NCBI GenBank assembly: GCA_013287815.1
Contig: JABDDC010000006.1
Coordinates: 959 to 64,958, forward strand
Direction of reading: 5' to 3'
Source of the DNA: Chlamydiota bacterium
GTDB lineage: Bacteria > Chlamydiota > Chlamydiia > Chlamydiales > Parachlamydiaceae
DNA length: 64,000 nucleotides
In this document: in pieces, positions 17,481 through 26,561 of the stretch
Layout of the letters: every line of letters begins with the position of its first letter
Position numbering within the stretch: position 1 is the first letter of the stretch
Notes under the pieces: generated by a model
Seen by the model: only the letters and a program-made list of their open reading frames with translations
Database searches by the model: none
Told to the model about the DNA's origin: nothing
Made by a program: the position numbers and the translations under genes

Positions 17481-19715
17481 ATGAAATTATCTTTAAAACG
17501 TATCTTCCTAATTATATCCGTCGTTGCTTCGGCAGCATTTTTATTATTAAGCCTTCTCTCATTATTGTTTAATTACCGCATTACTCAAAATCAGCATTAT
17601 TTTATACAAGTCACCAAGATTGAGACTTCTCGATATATCATGAGCAATGCCTTAACGAATTTTCTGGCAGACCAATCAGCCATATTAATCCAAGAAAAAC
17701 CCGAAGATATGCCTAGATTGAAATCTCCTCAAATCAAGGAGCAACAGTTCATGTCGGGAATTAAGGGGCTTTCACAAATCTCCGAAAGCAATCCTGAGAT
17801 CGACAAAATTCTTCAATCCATCAAAATAAATATCGGAAAATTTCTGAAAAGCGATCAAGAAATCCTGGATTTAACCGAATCTATTTTACGCCTTCGCAAA
17901 CAATCGCAAGTTAACTTAGATAAAATCGATAAAGATATAAATTTAATCAAAACAACTTGGGAAGGAATAGGCGATCAATTAACGCTACAGGAAGAATCGT
18001 TAGATAATGAGATTAATAAATATTTAAATAACAAAGATTTTAGCAGCGATCCCGCAAAAGTCAAGGCATTGTCACTCTTCAATGCAGAAACTTCTCAGAA
18101 TTTTATTACAGCCAGGAAATTCTTTTTGGAATTGGATACGAATTTTGTCTCGTTATCCTTACTGCTGACTCGACTTGTGCAAGAAACCGATTCCGATGCA
18201 CTCAATAATTTAAAGGCAAATCAACTCACCCAACTTATTGATTATCTCATGAATCAATTCCTACAAATTAATAATATTGTAAATTATTTCAATCAATATC
18301 TTGAAAAAAATGGAAAGGAATTTAAATCATTACAGCCCATGATCGCCAACATTTCAAAATTACCTCCAAAGATAAAAGAAGCCACGGCCCAATTCGATCT
18401 CTTTTCCTCAAATTTGATGGGAGCACTCGACAATCCCTATGAATTACGTAAGGAATTAAATCAGAAAGAATCTGAGCGTATCACCGCCTTAGCTGATGTA
18501 GACGAATATTTATTTAACATAAACAATCTACTTGACAAATTAAATGTAATTGCAATAAAGCTGGAAACCTCTTTAACTGAGACCGCCAATCAACTTGACT
18601 TTAATAACAGAATTATTGTCATTTTAATAAATATTTTATTTTTGTTATTTATATTTATTTTTGGATTATTCATTTTTAGGTCCATTGCAAATTCATTGGA
18701 TTTATTAACAGGGGCGATGAAACAGATGGTCACTGAAGAAGGCGTTTTAAATATTCATTTGGAAAAAACAAATTATGAAGATCTTAATGAAGTGGTTGGA
18801 GCATTTAACACGATGTCATTTGAGCTTCATAATACTCAAAAAAATCTACAAGAAAGAACGATTCAATTGATTGATCAAAATGAACAGCTGGAAACGGCGA
18901 TGGACAAATTAACTCGGGCACAAAATCAGATCATACAACAAGAAAAACTTGCATCCATAGGGCTTTTGTCTGCAGGGGTTGCACATGAGTTAAAAAACCC
19001 TTTAAATTTTGTCGTCAATTTCACCGATTTATCGAATAGAGAAATTACTAAGCTTGTGAAAGAATTTGAAGACCCCTCGAAAATGGATATCGAGAAGATC
19101 AAATACTCATTAAAAGATCTGCAAATAATGGATGAAAAAATCAGGTTCCATGGCAAGCGTGCCAATGATATCATTAATAATATGCTGTCTAAAGCTCGTC
19201 AAGGAGTGGCCATAGCCAAAGAAACATCAGTTGAACAATTAATTGACCAGGCAGTACAATTCATTGAACAAGCTTTTAAAAAACGGGACCCCGATTTTAC
19301 CGTTTCCATAGTAAAGAAATACGATCCCGGTATTGAACCCATTGAAGTCTTTCCGGAAGATTTGGTCAGAGTTTTTATCAATCTTATCGACAATACTTTT
19401 TATGCGCTTCTTGAGAAGCAAAAAAATATCGGAAAATCATTTGTTCCACAACTTGCAATTACCCTTCAGAATATGCAGAATGAAATTTGTATAAGCTTAA
19501 AAGACAATGGAACCGGAATTTCAAAGGAAAACATCAATAAAATCTTTCAGCCCTTCTTCACAACCAAGCCTACCGGCTCTGGAACGGGGCTCGGCTTATA
19601 CATTTGTTACGACATCATCATTCAGCAACACAAAGGTAAATTTGAAGCTCAAAGCGTCAAGGGAGAGTATACCGAATTCATCATCCATCTCCCCAAAATC
19701 ATGGCACCAAAATAA
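17481..19715 (+). CDS. Sensor histidine kinase with a large N-terminal sensor region
   Basis: N-terminal TM helix, roughly 360 aa helical extracytoplasmic region, second TM, HAMP-like linker, H-box SAGVAHELKNPLNF, N-box NLIDNTFYA and G-boxes DNGTGI / GSGTGLGL. Confidence 0.9.
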   Translation: MKLSLKRIFLIISVVASAAFLLLSLLSLLFNYRITQNQHYFIQVTKIETSRYIMSNALTNFLADQSAILIQEKPEDMPRLKSPQIKEQQFMSGIKGLSQISESNPEIDKILQSIKINIGKFLKSDQEILDLTESILRLRKQSQVNLDKIDKDINLIKTTWEGIGDQLTLQEESLDNEINKYLNNKDFSSDPAKVKALSLFNAETSQNFITARKFFLELDTNFVSLSLLLTRLVQETDSDALNNLKANQLTQLIDYLMNQFLQINNIVNYFNQYLEKNGKEFKSLQPMIANISKLPPKIKEATAQFDLFSSNLMGALDNPYELRKELNQKESERITALADVDEYLFNINNLLDKLNVIAIKLETSLTETANQLDFNNRIIVILINILFLLFIFIFGLFIFRSIANSLDLLTGAMKQMVTEEGVLNIHLEKTNYEDLNEVVGAFNTMSFELHNTQKNLQERTIQLIDQNEQLETAMDKLTRAQNQIIQQEKLASIGLLSAGVAHELKNPLNFVVNFTDLSNREITKLVKEFEDPSKMDIEKIKYSLKDLQIMDEKIRFHGKRANDIINNMLSKARQGVAIAKETSVEQLIDQAVQFIEQAFKKRDPDFTVSIVKKYDPGIEPIEVFPEDLVRVFINLIDNTFYALLEKQKNIGKSFVPQLAITLQNMQNEICISLKDNGTGISKENINKIFQPFFTTKPTGSGTGLGLYICYDIIIQQHKGKFEAQSVKGEYTEFIIHLPKIMAPK

Positions 19716-20661
19716 TTTTTCCTTTTTGACCTGTTTGCTCGATTATTTGATGGGCTTTGGCAGCTTCGTTGAGAGGAATCTGCTCGTTGATAATAGGTTT
19801 GATAAGCCCCCTTTTTAAACAGCGTTGTAAAGCGTGATAATTAAGTGCCATCTCTTCTTTGGTCGCTAGAAGCATCGATACAGATAAAATTTTACCGTCG
19901 GAATCTTTGAGGTATTGAGAATCTATCTCGATTGTTCCCAAACTTCCAATCACTACTACTCTCCCATTTTTGGCTAGGAGTGTTAAATCATTACCTAAAT
20001 TAATTTGAGCTTGCATTTCAAGAATAACGTCGATTTTATTATTATGATTTAAGCTAATCATCTGCTTTAAATAGTCAGGTTCTCGGTGGCAAACAACTAT
20101 ATCGGCCCCTTCATTTTTGACTAATTGCATACCTTCTGGAGTTCCTGCGGTGCCGATAATGAAGAAACCGGCATTTCGAGCGAGTTGGAGTGCCGCCAAA
20201 CCAACCCCTCCGCTAGCTCCATGGATGAGGATGGTTTCTCCGGGAACTGCCAAAGCCCTTTGATATAAAGCCCTAAAGGCTGTTGCATAAGCGACCCCGA
20301 CTCCGGCCCCCTCGGCAAAAGAAACATTATCGGACAGAAGATGGACATGGTGGGCATGGCATAGAGCTTTCTCAGCATATGTCCCTGAGATCGAGCTCGA
20401 AATAAAAACTCGGTCTCCCACAGAAACATTTGTCACTCCCTTGCCCACTGATAAGACGATCCCGGCTCCATCGATGCCTGGTGTAAAAGGAGGCATATGC
20501 AAGGAAGGGTATAATCCATTCCTATATTGCGCATCTTTTGGATTTACGCTCGCTGCTTTAATTTCGACTAACACCTGGCCGGCTATGGGGTGCCATTCAG
20601 GCATTTCTCTTAGTTTCAATTCTTCAGGGCCGCCATACTGTTCAACTACTATTGCTTTCAT
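19699..20661 (-). CDS. qor: NADPH:quinone oxidoreductase / zeta-crystallin-type medium-chain dehydrogenase
   Basis: MKAIVVEQYGGPEELKL...VNPKD... and the HGASGGVGLAALQLA nucleotide motif. There are no zinc-ligand Cys clusters. Confidence 0.8.
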   Translation of the reverse strand: MKAIVVEQYGGPEELKLREMPEWHPIAGQVLVEIKAASVNPKDAQYRNGLYPSLHMPPFTPGIDGAGIVLSVGKGVTNVSVGDRVFISSSISGTYAEKALCHAHHVHLLSDNVSFAEGAGVGVAYATAFRALYQRALAVPGETILIHGASGGVGLAALQLARNAGFFIIGTAGTPEGMQLVKNEGADIVVCHREPDYLKQMISLNHNNKIDVILEMQAQINLGNDLTLLAKNGRVVVIGSLGTIEIDSQYLKDSDGKILSVSMLLATKEEMALNYHALQRCLKRGLIKPIINEQIPLNEAAKAHQIIEQTGQKGKIILVP

Positions 20662-20833
20662 ATCGAATCCTTACGATCTCTAGCCCCTAAAGGCAGCAGT
20701 TCAAGACGCCCGCTTGTTAGAAGATTATTTTTTGTTATAGCAGCAAATCACAGCTCCACACAAGTTAATTATCAATTGACAAAAAAAAGCTTATCATCAA
20801 TTTTATGGGTATTGAGCCCAAAGGACATAAGTC

Positions 20834-21916
20834 ATGAGTATTGAAGAACTAAATTCGATTAGAACCAAGATAGATGCGGTTGATTCTCAAATTGAAGAGT
20901 TAATTTGTCAACGTGGAGAACTTGCGAAAGAGGTTGGGAGAATCAAGCATAAAAGTGCCGAAAAAGAAATCAATTTTTATCGACCTGAACGTGAAGCTCA
21001 GGTCATGCGAAAAGTCTGTGAAAAAAATAAGGGACCGATAGATGACAAGCATATGATGACAATTTTTCGGGCGATAATGACCGCTTGCCTTGATTTGGAA
21101 CAACATTTGAAGGTTGCTTATTTGGGTCCTGAAGGAACATTCACTCAAGTAGCCGCTTACCAACATTTTGGAAGAGACATTAACGTCATTCCATTTTCAT
21201 CTACAAAAAGGGTGCTCCACGAAACCGAAATGAAGAGCGCTAATTTTGCAGTGTTACCAATTGAAAATTCGATTGTTGGAATGATGAATACAACATTGGA
21301 TGCTTTGCTTAATACAAATCTTAAAATTTGCGGGGAAGTCATTTTGCCTATCCATTATCATCTTTTGGGAGCCAATGAAGGGGGGATTGATTCAATCAAG
21401 AAAGTTTATGGGCATGAGCTGGCCTTTCAACAATGTAATCAATGGTTGGCCCAACATCTTCCACAGGCGAACAAAATTTCTCTTGAAAGCACATCTATGG
21501 CTGCAAAATTAGCTTTAGATGAACCTGATGCTTCAGCCCTCGGCGGCGATCTAACAGCAGAAACTTATTCATTAAAAATTCTTGCCAGTCAGATTGAAGG
21601 AAGTGCGCATAACGAAACCAGATTTATCGTGTTAGGTCAACAAAGTGTAGGGCCTTCCGGTAAAGATAAAACCTCATTATTGATATCGGCCCCTTATCAA
21701 CCTAGGTTTTTGGCCGAATTATTTAACTATTTTTCTGAAAAGAATGTTAATATCTGTCAATTCACATCGAGGCCTTATCATGAAAAAAAAGGCTATTATT
21801 GGTTTTATATTGATATTGAGGGACATCAAAATGAGAAGCCCATTGCAGATGTTTTAGAATTATTGGCAAATAAAACTATTCCCATAAATGTATTGGGTTC
21901 ATATCCTCGTTTATAG
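20834..21916 (+). CDS. pheA: Bifunctional chorismate mutase / prephenate dehydratase (P-protein)
   Basis: CM_2-type N-terminus (LNSIRTKIDAVDSQIEELICQRGELAKEVGRIK). PDT domain (VAYLGPEGTFTQ, ETRFIVLG). C-terminal ACT-like region. Confidence 0.9.
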   Translation: MSIEELNSIRTKIDAVDSQIEELICQRGELAKEVGRIKHKSAEKEINFYRPEREAQVMRKVCEKNKGPIDDKHMMTIFRAIMTACLDLEQHLKVAYLGPEGTFTQVAAYQHFGRDINVIPFSSTKRVLHETEMKSANFAVLPIENSIVGMMNTTLDALLNTNLKICGEVILPIHYHLLGANEGGIDSIKKVYGHELAFQQCNQWLAQHLPQANKISLESTSMAAKLALDEPDASALGGDLTAETYSLKILASQIEGSAHNETRFIVLGQQSVGPSGKDKTSLLISAPYQPRFLAELFNYFSEKNVNICQFTSRPYHEKKGYYWFYIDIEGHQNEKPIADVLELLANKTIPINVLGSYPRL

Positions 21917-21991
21917 GCACAATATTAATAACAGAGACAGAGGTGTAATCTGAACAACTTATTCACTATCCTATTTTATTTTTTCTTCAAC

Positions 21992-23161
21992 TTGAAAGAA
22001 CGTCTCTATCACGTTCATTCAAATACGGAAAAGACGTTGATCTCTCAAACGAATTTATTTCCTTCCAATGAAGAAATCATTAAATCCATTTTGGGATCCA
22101 TCCGTCTTGTCAAATATCACCCCTCCCGACTCATTCTTAAAGAAGGGGAAACCGGAGGAGATGCGATTTATATGGTCCAGAATGGTTCTGTACGCGTCTT
22201 TACTTATGACAGCAATGGAATAAAGATCCCCTTAGCCCGACTTGAGAGCGGGGACTATTTTGGCGAGCAAACTCTTTTAAGTGATTTACATAAAACGCGC
22301 TCTGCCAACGTTGAATCCATTACACCAGTCACTTTAATCCGCATTGATGCAAAAAGCTTCATAACCCTTTTAAGAGATGATCCTGAATTTCGGAAAAAGA
22401 TTGGCATACTAGGAGACGCGCAAGCATTTAGTCGCCTTCTTGCGATGAGCGAATATGAAAAAAGTCCATGGCTCTCTGCTATAATCAAGAAGGATAAGAA
22501 GCATAACTCGAATATTCAAAGCTATTCCATTAAATTGTCTCACGATAAATTTGATTCTTTTTACACTGGCCAATATGTAATGATCAGGGCTAAAATGGGT
22601 GAATATTGGCTGGAGAGACCTTATACCGTTTCTGACTTGCCGGTTGAGAATGAATTGAGAATTACTATTAAGTACAATCCTGAAAGTATCTTTACAGAGT
22701 GGCTGTTTCATCGAGCACCCGACGAATTAAATATCTTTGTGACTCAGCCTAGAGGGTCTTTCATATTAAACCTGAATAGTGATTCAAATATTTTATGTTT
22801 TGCCGGCGGAATAGGGATTACTCCGTTTATTACCTTTGCAAAGGCATTTGCCTTTCAAAACAGAAAAAGTGATAAGATGCATATCCTTTATTCTGCGTTG
22901 AATGAACTAGATTTTATTTTCAAGGATGAATTCAGCTCTATTGCACAAAGTACACCATCATTTTCTGTCAGGTATCGGGCCACGGACAAGGAAGGACTGC
23001 TTTCAGAAAAGGAAATTATTAAGGTTGTAGATTCCTTTAACCGCCCGGATATTTACATCTGCGGCCCGGAAGGTTTTATTAAATTGGTTCAGGATGCACT
23101 GCTATCAATCCGTTATGATGCAAAAAAAATTAAGATCGACCAATATGTTCATGCAGGTTAA
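21992..23161 (+). CDS. cNMP-binding domain fused to an FNR-like FAD/NAD(P)-binding oxidoreductase
   Basis: The N-terminus has a CAP/cNMP fold pattern (GDAIYMVQNGSVRV...GDYFGEQTLL...RSANV). The C-terminus has RPYTVSD (RxYS/T FAD motif), FAGGIGITP (NAD motif) and DIYICGPEGF. The start is a TTG in the ORF track and is uncertain. Confidence 0.75.
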   Translation: MKERLYHVHSNTEKTLISQTNLFPSNEEIIKSILGSIRLVKYHPSRLILKEGETGGDAIYMVQNGSVRVFTYDSNGIKIPLARLESGDYFGEQTLLSDLHKTRSANVESITPVTLIRIDAKSFITLLRDDPEFRKKIGILGDAQAFSRLLAMSEYEKSPWLSAIIKKDKKHNSNIQSYSIKLSHDKFDSFYTGQYVMIRAKMGEYWLERPYTVSDLPVENELRITIKYNPESIFTEWLFHRAPDELNIFVTQPRGSFILNLNSDSNILCFAGGIGITPFITFAKAFAFQNRKSDKMHILYSALNELDFIFKDEFSSIAQSTPSFSVRYRATDKEGLLSEKEIIKVVDSFNRPDIYICGPEGFIKLVQDALLSIRYDAKKIKIDQYVHAG

Positions 23162-23167
23162 CCATTA

Positions 23168-24157
23168 ATGGAAAAGAGAAAATTAGGACAGTTAGAAGTT
23201 TCTGCCTTGGGATTTGGCTGTATGGCACTTTCTGAATTTTACGGCGAACCTCTCGATCAAAAGAGCGCCATTCAGATCATTCACTGCGCCCTTGAATCGG
23301 GCATCACCCTGCTCGACACTGCAGATATGTATGGCTTTGGCGATAATGAGCTTTTAGTGGGGAAAGCTATCGAAGGACGCCGCAATCAAGTTGTGGTAGC
23401 TACTAAAACAGGGATCGTCCGAAAGAAAGAGGATCCTTCTTTTAGGGAATTCTGCGGGAAACCCGAGTATATCAAAAAGCAATGCGAAGGAAGCTTACTG
23501 CGCCTAGGCATCGAGACGATCGACCTTTACTACCTTCATCGGCTCGATCCCTCGACCCCCATCGAAGAATCAGTTGGAGCAATGAAAGATCTGGTCAAAG
23601 AGGGTAAAGTGAGATATATCGGCCTGTCGGAGGTAGAAGCAGAACAGATTGAACGAGCTCAAAAGATTCACCCGATCACAGCCCTCGAGACCGAATACTC
23701 TTTATGGAGTCGCGATCCGGAGGCCGAGGTCTTCGACCTCTGCAAAAGACTGAATATCGGTTTTGTTGCTCATAGTCCTATTGGAAGGGGTTTCCTAGGC
23801 GGCCAGATCAAATCATTCGACCAACTGCCCGAAGATGATTTTAGGAGAACGATCCCTCGCTTTATGGGGGAAAACTTCGACTTTAACCTCAAGATTGTCG
23901 ATATGATCGATCAGATGGCCAAGAAGAAAGGCTGCACAAACGTTCAATTGGTCCTTGCTTGGATACTGGCGCATCCGCTTGGAATCGTCCCCCTATTTGG
24001 AACTAAAGAGTCAAAACATATTCCGGAGAATGCGAGGAGCACCGATGTCAAGCTCACGGCTGACGAGTTTTACATTTTGAATCAGATGATACCGCCCGGC
24101 TTGGCCAAAGGTGTCCGCTACCCTGCCGTCTCCAAAAAACATTATGAGAAGCCATAA
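23168..24157 (+). CDS. Aldo/keto reductase
   Basis: LGFGCMALS, LLDTADMYG, KTG, LYYLHRLD and IGLSE motifs of the AKR11/13-type family. The start is 6 nt after the upstream stop. Confidence 0.9.
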   Translation: MEKRKLGQLEVSALGFGCMALSEFYGEPLDQKSAIQIIHCALESGITLLDTADMYGFGDNELLVGKAIEGRRNQVVVATKTGIVRKKEDPSFREFCGKPEYIKKQCEGSLLRLGIETIDLYYLHRLDPSTPIEESVGAMKDLVKEGKVRYIGLSEVEAEQIERAQKIHPITALETEYSLWSRDPEAEVFDLCKRLNIGFVAHSPIGRGFLGGQIKSFDQLPEDDFRRTIPRFMGENFDFNLKIVDMIDQMAKKKGCTNVQLVLAWILAHPLGIVPLFGTKESKHIPENARSTDVKLTADEFYILNQMIPPGLAKGVRYPAVSKKHYEKP

Positions 24158-24160
24158 TTG

Positions 24161-25846
24161 TTAACCTAATGCCATTGGTGTTTTACTCCTGGCGGCTTTA
24201 ATGGTCTCGCCAAGCTGCTGTAACATAGGTCCGCAGTCTAAGCGGTCGAGATGTATTTCAATGAAAGAGAGCTCCTGGCTTGCTTCGGCCCGAGTTAAGG
24301 CTTCTTCCAGGTCGCTTTCCTGCTTTACTTCACAGCTCCAGAAATTATCACCAAACACAGCTGGCAATTGATGATATTTCCAGGGTTGCAAATCATTGTA
24401 AATGGCCTCTCTGATCACTCTTTCAGTGGTGTAGCCATCATTATTGAGCAAAAATATAATGGGTTTACAGTTGTATCGCATGATTGTCGATAACTCTTGC
24501 GCCGTTTCTTGAAATGCGCCATCTCCAACAAGTAGAATAGTGCGACGATTGGGTGCAGCAGTGCAGACACCTAGCAGGGCGGGAGTTCCATACCCGATTG
24601 ACATATAGTCGGCTTGTCCAATATAAAGTACATCAGGCGGTAATTGCATTTGTGAACAACAAAATATAGCGCAGCCTGTATCCACAACGACAATATCATC
24701 CGGACGTAAAAAATGAGCTAATTTTTTGAAAAAAAACTGAGTGGTCATAGGGACCTGACGCCCCTTATCCATTTTTTGTCCGGGGGTATACTCAAAATGT
24801 TTTTTTATCGTTTTCTTACTTTGATTTTTTGTTTCTCCGAATTTTTTAGACAAGTTTTTTATAAAATCATTTATATGGACGGGAGTGTGTTTGTGGTGTT
24901 GAATCAACACTTGATCGGTTTTAGCTTCTATCATGATGTCATGTGAAAGTGCAGCAGTAAAACCGCCCATATCCGTTTCATTTAAATTAGATCCCATTAG
25001 TAAAACGGCATCCGCTTCTTCAACAATTTTGCATATCGCAGGATCTCCCCATTTCCCCTGATAAATTCCCATGTATTGTGGGTGCTGTTCCGAGATAATG
25101 CCTTTGGCAGAAAATAAAGAAGCACAAAGAAATCCGCTATTTTCTACAAGATCTTTATAGTCTTCCTTCAGGAGGTAGCTCATCAAATAGGGACCTCCAA
25201 TAATGACAGGATTTTTGGCTTTTGTTAACAACTGATAAGCCTTCTCAACTGCTTGTACGAGTGTCTCCCTGTGACTATTAGCAGGCGATAATTCAAATGG
25301 CCCCGGAGCTTCGCATGTGTGATAAATGATATCGGTAGGCAAAGATATATACACCGGTCTTTTATGGTAAAGGCAAGCTTGCAATGCTTGATCGATTTGT
25401 TTTGGCGCTTGTTGAGGGTCACTGATGAATTGGCAGTCGACCGTGATTTCTTCATACATCTTCATGGCCGCTAAATAATCGGTTTCAATGGAGTGATGAA
25501 TGTGTTTCGGTTTATGATGGTATTTTAAAGCCGGACTTCCTCCAATGACTACCACCGGAACATGTTCACAATAGGCGCCTGCAATGGCATTGATGGCACT
25601 AAATTCCCCTACGGAAAATGCCAAGCCAACAGCACTTAAACCATTGACTCTAGCATAGCCGTCTGCTGCATATCCTGCATTGAGTTCATTGCAGCAGCAA
25701 ATTAATTCTAAATCATTTTCCAGAGCGCAATCGAGAAAATTGAATAAATAGTCACCGGCAACGATGAACATTTGATTGACACCAAGCTGTTTCAACCGTG
25801 TAACCAAATAACTTCCAACAGTAAATTTTGAATCTGACTTTGTCAT
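24161..25846 (-). CDS. ThDP-dependent 2-keto-acid decarboxylase (indolepyruvate/phenylpyruvate/pyruvate decarboxylase family)
   Basis: The N-terminal TVGSYLVTRLKQLGVNQMFIVAGDYLFNFLD is PDC/IpdC-like. The ThDP motif is GDGAFQETAQELSTIMRYNCKPIIFLLNNDGYTTER. Confidence 0.85.
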   Translation of the reverse strand: MTKSDSKFTVGSYLVTRLKQLGVNQMFIVAGDYLFNFLDCALENDLELICCCNELNAGYAADGYARVNGLSAVGLAFSVGEFSAINAIAGAYCEHVPVVVIGGSPALKYHHKPKHIHHSIETDYLAAMKMYEEITVDCQFISDPQQAPKQIDQALQACLYHKRPVYISLPTDIIYHTCEAPGPFELSPANSHRETLVQAVEKAYQLLTKAKNPVIIGGPYLMSYLLKEDYKDLVENSGFLCASLFSAKGIISEQHPQYMGIYQGKWGDPAICKIVEEADAVLLMGSNLNETDMGGFTAALSHDIMIEAKTDQVLIQHHKHTPVHINDFIKNLSKKFGETKNQSKKTIKKHFEYTPGQKMDKGRQVPMTTQFFFKKLAHFLRPDDIVVVDTGCAIFCCSQMQLPPDVLYIGQADYMSIGYGTPALLGVCTAAPNRRTILLVGDGAFQETAQELSTIMRYNCKPIIFLLNNDGYTTERVIREAIYNDLQPWKYHQLPAVFGDNFWSCEVKQESDLEEALTRAEASQELSFIEIHLDRLDCGPMLQQLGETIKAARSKTPMALG

Positions 25847-25853
25847 AAAATTT

Positions 25854-26537
25854 CTATAACTTCCTCATTCCGGCAATGCCAACGCGTCGTGAAGGGTAGG
25901 TATAATAGATAACGCGAAGTCCGCGTTCCCCAAAACCTCCAACAACAGCCTGCCAACCATCATGTTCTTTTCCTTCTTCCTTGCACCGGGTATAGGTCCA
26001 TAGTTTGGGATTCTCCTGTGTACCACTTCTATAGTAGATATTCCCCGTAGAGATATACTCTAACTGGATGGCTATGGATGCAGTTAAAATATCAGGAACC
26101 TCATATCCTTTTTCCAGCACGAGGGGTTTTTGTTCAGAGTAGATCTTAAATCGGCTTTCGGGAATCACATCTTTTGTCAACAACGCCCAATAGGAGGCTT
26201 TAACCCGGATTTCTTTAAACTCTTGGGGAATCAGGTCTGCAATGTACTCATATTTGGTTAGGCGACCTGTTTGACGTTTCGCCAAAATCTCTTCCCATTT
26301 TTCGATGGAAAGGGGGACTTTCATTGGAGGATCGCCTACTTCAACAGTTGCGGGAACAAAAACAAGCCAGTCGGTCTCGTGCACTTTCTTATCCGGCCAG
26401 AATGGGCTGGGCTTCATGAATTCTTCAATCCAGTTTTCAGGAAGAGGAATCTCGTCAACTTGACCGATAAAGGCATTCCATTTTTCAGGACCAATGACAG
26501 ATTGATACAATTTATCTTTTTCGTTTAAATTAGCCAT
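25854..26537 (-). CDS. Hypothetical protein (no recognisable family) embedded in the P450 operon
   Basis: Clean 227 aa ORF. There is a 7 nt gap to the decarboxylase start and 24 nt from the upstream gene. No signal peptide or TM. No motif recognised. Confidence 0.6.
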   Translation of the reverse strand: MANLNEKDKLYQSVIGPEKWNAFIGQVDEIPLPENWIEEFMKPSPFWPDKKVHETDWLVFVPATVEVGDPPMKVPLSIEKWEEILAKRQTGRLTKYEYIADLIPQEFKEIRVKASYWALLTKDVIPESRFKIYSEQKPLVLEKGYEVPDILTASIAIQLEYISTGNIYYRSGTQENPKLWTYTRCKEEGKEHDGWQAVVGGFGERGLRVIYYTYPSRRVGIAGMRKL

Positions 26538-26561
26538 ACTTTTTTCCTTAATTTAAAAAAT

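Noticed and set aside
17218-17481. 87 aa ORF running across the MITE, and the recurrence of the peptide PRNGDWKG in three ORF-track translations
   Set aside because: The shared peptide is simply the translation of the conserved family-1 terminal repeat (agaaacggcgattggaaggg) in one frame. It is a nucleotide repeat, not a protein motif.
20776-20806. TTGACA upstream of pheA as a promoter
   Set aside because: No acceptable -10 hexamer lies at 16-18 nt spacing (aatttt/atttta). It is left uncalled.
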